DNA of 64,000 nucleotides from positions 48,670,001 through 48,734,000 of the forward strand of contig OZ241832.1 in the NCBI GenBank assembly GCA_965202585.1, given 5' to 3'. The number at the start of each line of letters is the position of its first letter. The stretch's first letter is position 1. The position numbers and the translations under genes were made by a program. The DNA comes from Thalia democratica. Lineage: Eukaryota. This document shows positions 1 to 13,365 of this stretch, piece after piece. The notes beneath the pieces were generated by a model that ran no database searches, was not told the origin of the DNA, and was given only the letters and a program-made list of their open reading frames with translations.

Positions 1-89
1 ATAAACAAGTGCAATTTTAGAACATTCTGACTTTTGTATACAATTTACTTATTAAAATAAATTTTAAATCAATGTAAATAAATTTGCAG

Positions 90-2723
90 ATAAATCAGAA
101 AGCAAGAAGAAAACTACTATCCCAAAAAAACCTGTTGAACAAAAAGTTCTAACAACGTAAGTTTTTCTGCTATTTTTTGTAGTTAGAAACTCATGTTTTT
201 TAAATTTATGTCATTAAACAACCAGAAAAAAAACGCTGGTGCTTTACATATAAATGCAAAATTTTCAAGTTTCTAATTTGTAGAAACTAATTTGAGGCTC
301 AACAAAGGGGTTGCTTGTTGGTAATAGCGGATATAAAGGGTACAGAAACATACAAATAGTATAAATTCAGATTATTATTTTTTTATTTACGAGCTAGAAA
401 CACAAAGATAAATGATCTACAAAACTACTAACAATAATTATACACAAGTAAACAGTAAAATAATAAGTTTAGACTTAAGAACTAACGGACTAAATTTTAA
501 AAATAAAGGTTCTGGAGTAAATTTTTAAGCTCACAACGCACCACTTGACTGCCAAATGCCATTTCTTTCAAAACGTTGTCTATTTTGTATAGAAGGCAAA
601 GAACATTTCTCTTTTTACGTGCAAATAATTTATAATTCTAACCACAACGTAAATATGTTTATGAAACTTTGACGCAAATATAAACGTAGACGAAACATAA
701 TATTTAATTCCGTCTAAAATAAAATGCGGTTCTTTATTACATATTTCTGCTGTTAAATTTGGTTTCTAATTTTCTTTTCAATTTGTATAACTAGAACTAA
801 TTATTTGCTGCTACTGTAATATGAACTATATAACCAAACTGGTAGAGTAAATAAAGTATTTTTATGATGTCAAAGTTTTTCAGCTAATAAATTTAGTTTA
901 GTAACTAAAATAATTTTTTACTAAAATTAAAAAAAAAAGCTATTGTTCGATGAAATTTTACTCATTCAAACACTTCAAACTTTCAAAACACTTCAAACAC
1001 GCGTTTCCAGCCAAGAAGAGTTCCAGGCGAACGCGGACAGCTTCAACGGAGCGGTGAGGAACAACTACTCGTGGTCGCAGAACTACGACGAGGTCGACGT
1101 CAAAGTCAACCTTCCACCGAGGATCAGGAAATCCAAGCAGGTGAAAGTTGACATCCGGAAGAAGCACTTGCTGGTGGAAATAGAGGGAGAAGGTGCTTCC
1201 CCTAGTGTAAAGTTGATCGATTGCGATCTGCAGCACGAGATCAGGCACAACGGCGACTCTACCACATGGTGCATGGATGCGGGAAAAAGTTTGGATGTCA
1301 GTTTGAATTTTGATTGTTAAAATGGTTTTTTATTGATTTAAGAAATTTAAAATATTTCTATCAAGTCTTTGTGAAACGCGCTTACGCAGTAAATCAAAGA
1401 AAATGACCGAGTCCGAAAAAGCATCATTTTTTCACTGGACAGATTATCGTTGAATTAAAGCTTTGAGTTGGATTTTTTTACACTGAAAGCTGTTTCACAG
1501 ATTTCGCTGGAAAAGCTGAAGAACACGTGGTGGACGGCGCTGCTGACAGATGAGCAGGAGATCGACGTCAAGAAGATCCAGGCCGAGAGGAAGATGGAGT
1601 CGATGCCGGAGGAGGAGCAGCGGGTGGTGAGCAAGCTGCAGTTCGACGAGCACCAGAAGCGCTTGGGGCTTCCCCAGAGTCACGAAGTTGTCAGTTTCGT
1701 TTTTTATTGGCAGTTTTCAATCTCAGTTTTTGAAAGTAAAAATGTCAAAAAAAATTTGGGTCTTGAGGTTTGTTTTTTAGTAGCAGACAAAAAAGCTTAA
1801 AAGAATCAAAAATCCTTTACGTCTCATGTCCCGAGTCTTAAGAAATTGTTAGTTATGTTTTTATCTTAGTTATTTTAATAACATTCAACGGGGCGTATAG
1901 TTTGTGTTAGCTCTTGGCTGATCAATGAATTTGCTTGTAAGTTATTTCCGTAAACGGTTTTTTCAGTTGGTAGATTTGTATAAATAATAGCAAACTAAAA
2001 GGACTGTAAATACTACTCAATTAAGATTTATTTTTAGCAATTACAAACAATAATTTTTACAACAATGAAAAATGGTTTTTACTACTATATAAAAAAAAAC
2101 TAAATTTAAGTATTTCTTTTGGTAAAGTGTGCTTTAAAAAATAAAAAAGTTAAAAAAATGTTGTTATTCAATGTTTTCATTTGGTTAACAATTATTATGT
2201 CAGTTGTATGAAAGCAAGAAAATTTTGTTCGACTTGGATTAAAAAACGTAGTAAAAAATATATTTTGAGCTTCTGTCAGCAAAGAAGTGAGAAAAGTAAA
2301 AATAAAAACTAAGTTTACTGTAATTATCAAAAAATTGGTATATATCAAAAAGCAATTAGAAAAATCTTTTGCCCATATTAACTACCAATTAAAATTAAAA
2401 GTTGGCAGTCTTGCATTTAGTAAGTAGTTGTACAGTAGCCTTTAACCAAAAAAAAAAGGTAAAAATTGTAGCATTTCAAATAAACTTTAAACAGTTTTGC
2501 ATTAAAATAATGGCATCCCTCCTTTGTTTAAAATTAACTTGTATTTGAAATTTATTTTAGTCTTAAGTGTATATTTTTCTATTAAACATGAATAACTAAT
2601 TGATCGCAACAGAAAGTGCACGAGATGCTCAAAAAAGGCTGGAACGCGGAAGGGTCTCCGTTCAAAGGCACCGAGTTCGACCCTAAAAATTTCAACATTT
2701 CCAAAAACGCCGTTGACATGTAA
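90..2723 (+). CDS. NUDCD3: NudC domain-containing protein 3 (5'-partial). Exons 90-156 (tentative), 1011-1296, 1501-1689, 2613-2723
   Basis: The spliced translation contains the CS/p23 domain (NYSWSQNYDEVDVKV...WCMDAGKSLD/ISLEK..WWTALL). It also has the NudCD3-type C-terminus (LQFDEHQKRLGLPQSHE-KVHEMLKKGWNAEGSPFKGTEFDP). GT-AG junctions keep frame (phases 2,0,0) and the stop is TAA at 2721-2723. The first exon is supported only by phase and splice sites. Confidence 0.92.
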
Positions 2724-3759
2724 AACTTAGTTTGATGTGAGTTGTGTTTTCGTTTTAAGCAATGTATCTGCTGTAAAATAGTACCGTATTTTATTTGAAG
2801 TACTGTTACTACCATAAAAAGTATTTTAGGTAACATACATATACTTGATAAACTTTATTTTTATTATTATTTTTGTGTACTTAAAGCCATTAATTTGCCT
2901 TGATTATCACTATTAAGTTATGCATCTACAGAAATTTTCTATAGATACTTTTTTTTAAATATACTAACCTGTTGATAAATATAGTATTGCATTATAAGTT
3001 TTTATAAATATGTTTTCAAAGTTGCACATTTATTTTATCTGTTTTTACTTATCACATGAGATTTCTATTTTTGAAATGAAATATCTGATCTAGTAAATTA
3101 TGAAATTAATTTATTTAGTTATTATTGAAAAAAAAATACTTGTTTCAAAATTGAAATTACATTTAATTATTAAATGTTAATCTATCATTTTAAAGTAAAG
3201 TGATTTAGAAATGTTTTCATTAGTAAAATTCTATTTAAAATAAACTATAAAGTGTTCAACTTTAGGCCTGATTTTTTTCTTTATTTAACTTTGGATTCTC
3301 TAATAAAAAGTTTGCAGCTTAGTTTAGTGGTTTTAGTAGTTTTAGAAATAGTACTTGAAGTAATATGCCTATAAATAAATTGTTAGTCAACCAAATTTTC
3401 TACTAGAAAATTTGTGCAATTAAACTTTAAATAATATGGCGTTCAATATTTTATAGTAAAATTTCAATATCTAGTTAAAAATTAGTGTGTCGTCTTAACT
3501 TAGTTACACACGCTCGCATTTTGAATAATAAATACTATAGAAGTTTGAGCAGAGCTTGTTTTCCGATTAGGCTCTCAAAAACTTATGACATCTTAATTTA
3601 TTTATATCTGCTCAACCATTACTTTAGATATAAAGCTGTTTTCATCACTCAAAAAAACAAGCTTTTACATCAATTGCTTCATTATTATAAAAGCTATTTA
3701 TTTTTATTAAACAGAAAGAGTTTTTTATTAACTTTAATTTTCTTGTTTTTTTTTTGATT

Positions 3760-4113
3760 GATAATTTTATTAGTTTTTTTTAATCACTTTTACCCATAAC
3801 CCTTACCCTCGATCGATAACTGTATTTTTTTTATTTTTTATTAGTATATATTTTTTTTTGTCAACCTTTTTTAATACTTTTTTTTGTTATTTATATTTAC
3901 TGTCACTGTTACCCCTAACCCTTACCCTCGGTCGGTAACTTTTTTTTTTATTAATTTATTATTTAATTTATTATTTTCTTTTATTTTTACTTTTGTTTTC
4001 ATTTTACTAATTTATTTTTTTACTCTCGTGCAAAAATGACCCTTCGTGTAAAAATGTCTTTGTGCAAATCAGTCTTCGTGCAAAAGTGTCTCTTCGTGCA
4101 TATTTGACCAGTT
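3760..4113 (-). mobile_element. Partial inverted copy of the MITE at 6337-6811
   Basis: Has the same two TAACCCTTACCCTC motifs and the same TCGTGCAAAA subterminal array, in opposite orientation. The end TCTTCGTGCATATTTGACCAGTT matches the reverse complement of the 6337 left terminus. Confidence 0.75.
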
Positions 4114-4296
4114 GATGTCATATTTATATAAGTTAGCATATAGCATTTAAAAGTAAGTTTTTATTTATTACTAGTAGTCCAAAACAAATTAAGTAACCCT
4201 CAATATCTTTGTGGTTGTACATTTTTTTGTGTTTGATATCACTAAGATCTGTGTTTATTTTGCTTTACTTCTGATCTTTAATATGTTAGTTAGTAT

Positions 4297-4625
4297 AACA
4301 CAGGCTGGCTTAGGCTGCCTTTTTTTTCTGAAAAGAATTGCTAGATTCATCAAATGTGATTTTAAAATGTTCCACTCGAAATAAAGTACTATAAAGTGTT
4401 TTTAACTATTTAAAAATTTAATTTGTTGCCTAAATATTTCTAAAAATTAAAAAAAGTTTTAATTAAGTTCCATTTAGTTTTATTATGATTCTTAGCATTT
4501 TAGTAAAACACAGGCTGACTCAGGCTACTATTTTTTGATTAAAAGAATGCTAAGCTTCATAAAATATAATAAAAAATATATAAATCCAAAATAAAGTACT
4601 ATTAAGTGTTTTTAGTAATTTATAA
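4297..4625. repeat. Diverged tandem duplication, period about 210 bp
   Basis: AACACAGGCTG(G/A)CT(T/C)AGGCT...AAAAGAAT...AAATAAAGTACTAT(A/T)AAGTGTTTTTA occurs starting at 4297 and again at 4507. Confidence 0.75.
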
Positions 4626-6336
4626 ATTGGAACTAATTGCAAACATTAATCACAAATGTTTAAAAATTAAATTAAATTAGGCAGAAAGTTTTAAATAGAA
4701 TAAATTGTAATTTATAAAGCTAGGACTCACAGCTAAGAATAAATGTTGTTTTGGATAGAAACTTTTTTTTATACAGTTATAGTATATTTCAAGTTTTTTA
4801 ATAAAATGTTTTGATAAATTGAGATATTAATCTTAAGAAGACTTTAGGGAAGGGTATAATATGAGTTTAGAAAAGTTTACCAATGCTTTTAATCTTGGGT
4901 TTTGTTGATATTTTAGTATTATTACAAAAGTTTTTTGCAATTTATACAATCTATACTCTTTTCAAACCCGTTTTAACTTGAAGTTTTATAGTGAGGAGTA
5001 AAGATAAAAAACTTTATATTCATAAATAACTAGATTTTCTAAAGTTTTAGCCAGTTCAAAGTTTTACTGAGATATACCTAACATTTTAAAGGTTTGTTCT
5101 TTTAATTTATTTGTTTGATATAAATTTTCTTCTGTTTTTTAAGCTCACTTTAAAGCTTTAAAACTTTAGTTAAGCTTACCGAACTTCTAGCGTCTCTTTT
5201 CGCTTCAGAAACTGACAGCGGTTGATGGTATTCGATAATTTTTAATTATAAAACAAAGTATAAACAAATAAAAAAAAGTATAAATATTTTTATACTCTTC
5301 TCAACGATATCAGGTTAAATTACTAGATACCGAGGTAAAGACAAAAAAAAGTTTTTTAATAAAATTTGTAAAATTTCCAAGATTTTTATCAGTTGAACTT
5401 TTTGTCTTTGTATTGGTAAAGGTAGTGATGAAATAAGAATATTTCAGTCAATGTGTTGATATAAATTAAAGCTGTGTACCTTTATCTCACCCTAAATTAC
5501 TATTGTTTAAATAAAACACAAGCTTCCCATTCAATAATGACGACTATAAAAAACACGAAAAAAAACTTATTGTAAATTTGGATTAAATTTTCTAAGTACT
5601 ATCAATTGTCTTTTATAATTCACAAGTTGAAGTTAATTAGAAATATTAATCATTGAAATGTTTGAATTGAAACTGTATTTGAGCAGTAACCATTAAACAA
5701 ATTATTTGTAGGTTAAAGAACAAGGATTAACAGCTTAAAGTAATAACTGATTAAGAATTGAATTTTTTTTTTAAGAATTAAAATATTTATGTTAAGGTTT
5801 TATAAAGTGTATAAGTTAAGTTAATAAGTTTTTTAACCCTTAGTATAACTAATATACTTAATATTACATAGTTTATTTTTTATATACTTTTTCTCAACCT
5901 ATTTAAGTTTAAAGAATATAAATAGGTTATGTTTTCAGAAACAACCAACAGTTGACCTTTTCCCTGAGTATTTCTAGAAATTTGATAAGATTAAAGTTTT
6001 TTGCCAGAAGATATATCTGACTGTCTCTGTTTTTTAGCTGATATTTGAATCTATATGTTTTATCCAAATACTCATAATTAATTTAAGATTTTTTTTGCTT
6101 TAAAGACTAGCAGCACCAAATAAAATTTTATTGTGTTTGTAGTTATTCAATAACTGGAACAAATTACAAAGTTTAATTAGAAAAATTGTGAAAACGAAGC
6201 TGTACATTAGCAGAGATACTTTTTATAAACTTTTTTAACTTAGAAAGCTAGGAATAACAGCTTAGTTTTAAAAACTGATTTTGAGTAAAAAAGTCAAGTA
6301 TAGTTCAAGTCAGTGGCGACGCGTAGTACTTTTAAT

Positions 6337-6811
6337 GGGAACGGGTCAAAATTGCACGAAGACAAAATTGCACCAAGGGTCAATTTTGCACGGAGGGTCA
6401 TTTTTGTACGAGAGTAAAAAGAAAACAGAAAAAAAATATATATAAAAAACTGATAGATAAATTGATAAAAAAAAAAAGGAAAAAAAAAGTTACTGACTTT
6501 GGGTAAGGGTTAGGGGTAACATTAATAGTAAAAATAAAAAGATAACTCACAAAAATTACTATTAAAAAACAAGAAAAATAAATTAATTAAAAAGAAAAAA
6601 AGGTGCCTTGAGGGTAAGGGTTAGGGGTAACAGTGATAGTAAAACAAATAAAAAAACTAAATTAATTTAAAAAATAAAATTAAAATAAATAAAAAGTTCA
6701 ACCCGTGCAAAAATTTTCCCTCGTGAAAAAGTGTCTTTGTGCAAAAGTGATCCTTCGTGCAAAAGTATCTTCGTGCAATTTTGTCTACTTTTTCAAATTT
6801 GACACCTACCC
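6337..6811 (+). mobile_element. MITE, probably ISL2EU/Harbinger-type (GGG...CCC termini, AT target duplication)
   Basis: Imperfect TIRs GGGAACGGGTCAAAATT / AAATTTGACACCTACCC flanked by AT on both sides. Inverted subterminal arrays of TGCACGA/TCGTGCA. Two internal GGGTAAGGGTTAGGGG motifs. No ORF. Confidence 0.65.
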
Positions 6812-8287
6812 ATTTTTAATAGGTTTTTTTTTAAAGCTCCAGCTTAAAACTTTTGTCTTAAACTGTATGAAGATCTTATTCTAAGTAATATAATTAAATT
6901 AATTTTATTATATAGAAAATAATGAAGATAATGTTCCAGAAAATACTTATTATTTTTTTAACATAACCTGTTTTTTACAACTATAGCTACTTAAAATTTT
7001 TATGTTAATTTCTGTAGTTGCACAAATATAAACTTACCAACCTAAAATTAATATTTGATAAGTTACAAGAAACGAAATACCTACAATAATAAATTTACAA
7101 ATAAAGCAAAAATATGGCCCTAACAGGTTAAAACTTCAATTCTAGAAATAATTATTTCTTAAGGCAAAGCAGTAGCATAGACCCTTTATGACCAAAAAAT
7201 TTATGTTATAAATGAGAAAAATATAATTGCTATTGTTATCAATGATTCATTTTTATTAGATGATGTAGCTTAGAAAAAGATAATCAACAGGTTTTTCAAA
7301 TTAATAAAAACTAGTGCTTGATATGTTTAAAGCAACCAATAAAGTTAATAAAATCATTAACTTCTCAAGAAAATTGCTCGACTTTAATTTTTCTTGTTTT
7401 AAATATTTGCTCAAACAAGGTTCAAAAACCCTTATATGTTCAAATTTTTTGTGATAAATAACTACATAAATTAAAAAAAAATTAATCCTTAAAAACTAAG
7501 AGTCATAGAGATTATTTCAAACAAAAACAAGAGAAAAATACTAGGAGACTAATTTGCTTCAAAAATATATAAACTTTCAACTCTACTGGTAGGTAAATTA
7601 ACGCTTTCTGATTAGTTCACTTTTAAGTTTTTTAAGAAGCTACTCAAAAAATTTAAGTTTTTTAAGACTTAAATTAGATTTTATTCACTGCTTTGCTATT
7701 TTATTAATTTTTTTTTGTTACTTAATCGTTATAAAATTCTTATTTATCTTTTTATGAAAACTAGTTTATTCTTGAATCACTATATAGAGAGGTTTAGCTT
7801 GATGATTTGTTAACAAAATTTTAGTATTTTTTGACGTAAAAAATTAGTTACGATTGTTTTAATACCATGGTGCACTAACCTCCCTGAGCTCCTTTTGTTC
7901 TTAGTTCTTACGGAGTTTAGTGTTTCAATTTTTATGGAGTTTATGCATATTGCTTTATGCGCGCCGGGACACGATGCTTTATGCGCGCCGGATAAACTTA
8001 CTTTTTAAATAATGAATATACATAGTCGAATATATAAGTTTTAGCAGAAAAACTAACTGCTTAAAAGATAAAGCCGATACATTCTATACTTTTTTAGGAG
8101 GAACGCCTGCTCTAGTGTCCTTCAAAACGCGTCGTCCCTGGTTAAAGTCTTTAATAAGTTGTTTAGATAATTTTGAGTTTATAACTCGCTCAAGATGAGT
8201 TTAGTAACACAAACACTATATATAGCTTCTATTTTCAGTTTTATTACAGGCTAATTGGGTTATATAGTTGTTTTTGTACACTACCAA

Positions 8288-8370
8288 CCCAGTTGAAGTG
8301 TGTTGATTCGTTAACACACAGAAACATATGTTGGTACAATAAAGGAAGATTACTGTACAATTTGTTTTTA
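8288..8370 (+). repeat. Short interspersed repeat (core GTTGAAGTGTGTTGA...AACAC.CAGA.ACATATGT), copy 1
   Basis: Same core at about 35385-35512 and about 48755-48917. Confidence 0.7.
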
Positions 8371-9843
8371 TTTGTTTTTGTACACTCTATTATTTAAAAA
8401 GTATTTTAGTGCAATATTTTGCAGTATATTTCAACTTCTAGTTTGTTTCTATTTTTATGCAATAGATGCTATTAAGAAAATCTGTTAAACAAAAAAATAA
8501 TTATTTTGTACAAAATAACCCAATATAATAAAGTTTGTTTATAACTTAATAAAATTATTTAGGTGTTTTTTAGTTACATAGAGAACGTAAAGAAGGTTTT
8601 TAAATTTCTAAAAGTATTCTAGTTAAACAACAAATACTCTGTATTTTCATTTTACTTATTTACTGAAAGAGTATTGTACTACATATATTTTTCTATTTAA
8701 AAGTAAATATTTGTTAAACATACAACAATTTTTTATAGATTTTTTTTTGTCTAACCAAGTATAGTTCTTACCAGTCAAATTTACTTTAGAATTATGAGAT
8801 TAATGATATTAAGTTTAATTAAAGTAATTTATATTAATTAAAACAATTAACGTACAACAAAAGAATGGAAGAAAATTAAATTTTGTAAAACGTAGAAAAA
8901 ACTGTCAGAATAACTAATACTTTTAAGTATTCATAAAAAATAATTGAGTGAGCAGGTCAAGTTTACCTTAAAAGCAACGGTCTTTTAACATCAGTATATT
9001 TTTGTTAAAACTATTTAATAAAAAACTTTAGAAAGAGATAAACAAACAAATTCAAATAAACTTTTTTTTTGTTGTTGTTCAATAAACAAAAAAATCTACA
9101 CTTATTACATATTAACAGTTTAGAATAACACTTAATGTCATTTTTTAAATTTTCTGCGCCTAATACTATCTAATTTCGACTTATAAAAATAATAAAGAAC
9201 ACATACACCACCAGACTAAGTCATTAATTTAATTGTATAATCTATGAATTTTCAAAAAATTGACAACTTTATTCCTTTTTATGATTAAGGCAGCTATAAA
9301 TAATATTGTTATTCAAAACTTGAAAGTTGTCGTATTTTTTCAAGTCTAACAATTTAGTTATTGTATTGTTAAAAATTAACAACTTTTCTAATATTTTATT
9401 TTTTCTTTATCGGAAGATTTTTGTAAGACCGAGTGATTGTGCTGAATTGCAGCTTAAAAGTTTTTCATACCTTGGATATTAGTTGATTTTATTTATTTTA
9501 GCATCTCATAACAATTTTTTCAACTAAAAACAAACTAGACAAGAAAAACTTTTTAACATTGTCTATTCAGTTGGTGTTTTAATGTTTCACTGTTTTGTTA
9601 CACTTCAGTTTCAAATATTTTAAAGAAATCAAAAAGAAACACTGGTTTCCTTTAACGTTAAAAAAAAGTTGTATGTATATATAAGTTACGTGTCATAACG
9701 CTGTTTAAAAGTTGTTCGAACTAATTAAAAATATTCTGTAATTTGTTAGTTTCTTAATAATGAACAACTAAATATATTAGCTTATTTATTGGTTGATTAT
9801 TCATTTCTTCTATTCTATTTTACACAACTATTGTTTTATCTTC

Positions 9844-11957
9844 TTAAAAAATCTGTAAACAGCTGAAAGCAGCCAATGCGAGCATAACCAATACTTTGAA
9901 ACTCTTTAACTCGGAACCCGCGGCGCTGAAAAATTTGGTACAGTGGGTGCCGTTGCCCTGGTAACCCTCCGAGCACTCGCACAGGTGGGCCTGCTCGGTG
10001 CTGTACTTGACGCAGGTGGCGTCGTCGTGGCAAAACTGCCCCTGGGCCTCGCAAGCCTGGTTGCCCACGCATGAATTGGGCAAGCGGCAGTTGACGGTCC
10101 TTGTCAATGAGTCCTGACAGACGGCTCCTTCGCACGTTCGCATGTCCTCCCTCTTTCCCACCCCGCACTCGCCCTTGCACTCTCCCAAGACCCAGTCGCT
10201 GTAGTCGGGGTTGGCTGAAATTAAATTTAGTTTTTAAATCATTGTCGAAAGAATTTATATAAGGCAAGTTATGTGAGGCTAAATCTAAAATAATCATTTT
10301 AGATAGAGATTCAATTTGAAAAGGATTTTTTATTTAAATACTGACGAGGTTTTTGACCGAAACTAAGTTTGTATAATAAAGTCTTAAAAGAATATAAATA
10401 TAATGCTTTTACTTTAAGTATTTAAACTAAAAAAGCATTAACAAATTAAAATTCTAAGGTTTGAAACCTGTAAATTTAGTGTATTTGTAACGAAAAAAGT
10501 AATACCTATAAGTTATTAATATACTGTACCATTAATATATATAAAAACTGTTAAACACACTGTCTTATATTATTCAAACAAAATACATGTTTCAATTAAA
10601 TAAAGTTTTAGTCAAGTTACTTATATTCTCACTTATTCATAACCAGATAAAACTTCTAACCTACAACTTAATTTTTGAAAGTTATTTGTACCGGAGTTTA
10701 TATGAACTTAAAAAAAAAATTTAAGAGTCAAATAAACTAATCAAAGTATCAAAACCACTTTAAACATATTTCAAATGTGCTCAAAAATTTTTATCATGGA
10801 GAAACATTTAGAACTTTTTAATAAAAAAAATACAAACATTCGTCGTCATACAGCAGCTGGCACTCCTTCCCGTCTCCAGCGTACTCCGGCAGGCACTTGC
10901 ACTCGTAATCGCCACCCAGGTCGCCGGGCAGGCATACGGCGTTCGGCGAGCACTTCAAGTCCCTGCACACGTCCTCGAAGTTCGGGCAAGCCGGCATCGT
11001 GCACTTGGACACCCGGTTCAGCACCACATCCGGTTCGTCGCAGTACGTTTCCAGCACGCACGTCCTCCTGTCCAGCCGCGTCCCCTCGCCGCAACTGACG
11101 CTGCAGTCGCCCGTGACCCACTCGCCGTACCGCATCGTGTCCTTGATCCACCCGACGTACCACGACACCCGCGCGTACACCTCCGGATGCACGAAGCTGT
11201 CGCAGTCGGCCTTAACCCAGCTGGTCACCCCCCTGAGCACAGTCTCGTTCCTGGCGTTGTCGAAGCACGCCAAGGGGCCGCCCGAGTCGCCTTTGCACAC
11301 GGTGATGTACGAGGAGGGCTTGAAGGCGCACACCTGCAGGTCCGTGTGTATTGCAGGTCCCCAAATCTTCTTGCACCTCGTCTCCCCGTAGATGTTCGTC
11401 TCCGCCTTCTGTAGCACTTCCGGGTCTTCCCTCTCGTCCGTTCCGATCTTCGTGTCGCCGAACCCGGCGATGTCGCAAAACTCGTAATCGAAAACCCTGT
11501 CTCTCTTGCTCCTCGGGAGAGCAATTGGCCTCGCTATCTTGTAGAAGAACAAGCTGGTCTTCAGCTTCACCAAGGCGATATCGTTGGGCAGGAAAACGCT
11601 AGTGATCTTCTTATCCTCGGTGTATCCCGGATGCACGAACTTTGCCACGGCGCCCACCCGCTGCTGGTACTTGAGCTTTTGCTGGTCGAGGAAGCCCACG
11701 TGCGCCCAGGTGTTCTTTGGCTCGTGATGCTGGACGCAGTGCGCCGCCGTCAGGATCCAGTGGTGGGCGAGGATGTTGCCGCCGCACCTCTCCGACCCGA
11801 AAAAGAGTATACCGCCCGGAATCACCATCGACATCAACGCATAATAGGGGAATTCCCCAGTCTTGGCATCCGACCCGCTGATGACCCGGTCCCGGATTGG
11901 CTCGCTGGTTGTGGCGGCGGTGAAGGTTAAGATTAAAATACAGAACAACTTGATCAT
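9844..11957 (-). CDS. S1A (trypsin-fold) serine protease with signal peptide, TSP1-EGF-TSP1-EGF and a C-terminal GPI-signal-like tail, 496 aa. Exons 11957-10838 and 10214-9844
   Basis: Catalytic motifs LTAAHC, NDIALVKL and GDSGGP are present, with activation site R|VISG and the four canonical intradomain Cys pairs. Two W..G.C...CG.G.R...R.C TSP1 repeats and two 6-Cys EGF repeats follow. A phase-1 GT-AG intron joins the exons in frame, and the protein ends in a hydrophobic tail. Confidence 0.93.
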
Positions 11958-13365
11958 GTGCTTTGGCTTGTAACGAAACTTTCTTACTTGAATAGTTCAA
12001 ATAATTGAGTTCATGTTAAAAAGTAGACTTATTTTAGGATTGTGACGTTTTAATTAAAAAATCTATTTTTAACTAGCGTAATTAGGCATTTTCGTAAATT
12101 TAAAAATTTACTAAAAAACTGATCAAACGTACACACTTGTTTGTATAGGAAAAACGACTGAAATATATCAACAAAGTCATGCTATAAATACTTTCGATCA
12201 TCACAAGTTTTGTTGACCTTTAACGTTTTAATCATGCTTATTGAAGCTATATACATATTTATATATTTATGTTTTATTAGATAGTAGTCATTTTGTAACT
12301 GAAGTAACTTTAAAACGCATGCACATTTTTATAAACAAACTAATGACAAAAAAGCTTAACTTTTGTAAAGTCTATAAATTTTAAAATTCTAAAGCTATTT
12401 ACTATTATCAAAATACAAACGAGCATTCGGTACTATTATCAAAACAAAACCTGTTTGTAGAAGGTTACTGAAGTTTTGATGTTGGCTAAATAGAAATTTT
12501 GTTTAAGTTAAGGCCGCTAAATGCGTACTAGCTTATTAGCTTTGATCAGGGCTTAGATCCCAAAGTGGGCTATATGGCTCCTTTAAAGGCTTTTTTAGCA
12601 ACGCAGAGTGTAAACATTATATATTCAAACAACCACAAAATATAACTTACTTAAAATTTTAACTTTTTACTCTCCTAAAGTATTTTTATAGCATTTTATA
12701 AAACCTAAAATTCTACGATCAAAATTGATTTTCTGCTAACTATGCCTAATAGCAATCTTTTTTAGAAACGTTTTAAAAGCAAAGATGTGCGCTAAAACTA
12801 CTTTATTTTCTCCGTAATTATTTTATTTAAGTCAAATTTATCCCCGACAAAATCATTTAAACACCAAGTTCAAAGAAATTAGACTAAAATTTGAACTAAG
12901 CTTAACTGCTGATTTTAAAACTTTCAATTAATCTTTTGAGGCATAAACATAATTACTCAAAATATTATTTCCACAAAATCCTAAACTTAATCAAAAAAAT
13001 ATTTTTTAACGCATGTATCTTAATAAACTACGTTAAAACTTTTCTTTTGTGAACGACTAACATGTTTTTTATATTATATGGTTTGCGAGGTAAATTTACA
13101 GAATTCTTTTGAGGGAGACTTTAACTGCATTAACAGAATAATAACAAAAGCTTTAAGAAACTGGATGTTTTCAAAACTTTATAATAGATTTTGAAGTTAT
13201 AGAAGTGTTTGTAATTTATAGTAATGAATTACATAATGTTTAATTACAAGTAAATAAATTTTAATAAATCGTGTACTACCTGGGTCATATAATAAAATGC
13301 ATTACTAAAATAAGACTTGAAATAAGTTCATTTGCTTAATGCAAGCTAATGCTAAACAGCTGCAG

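Noticed and set aside
3787-6630. TAACCC/GGGTTA motifs as interstitial telomere or chromosome-fusion site
   Set aside because: Only isolated imperfect units embedded in a MITE, with no tandem (TTAGGG)n array.
10818-11957. GC-rich islands as bacterial contamination or horizontal transfer
   Set aside because: They are bounded by in-frame GT-AG introns and encode animal families and domains (NudCD3, TSP1, EGF, FReD).
9836-12000. Many overlapping and antisense ORFs over the protease exons (also at 958-1683, 26267-27071, 39228-39963, 41028-41264, 42179-42415, 57497-57875, 61891-62214)
   Set aside because: These are shadow ORFs expected from GC-rich or biased real coding sequence. They have no motifs or splice support of their own.
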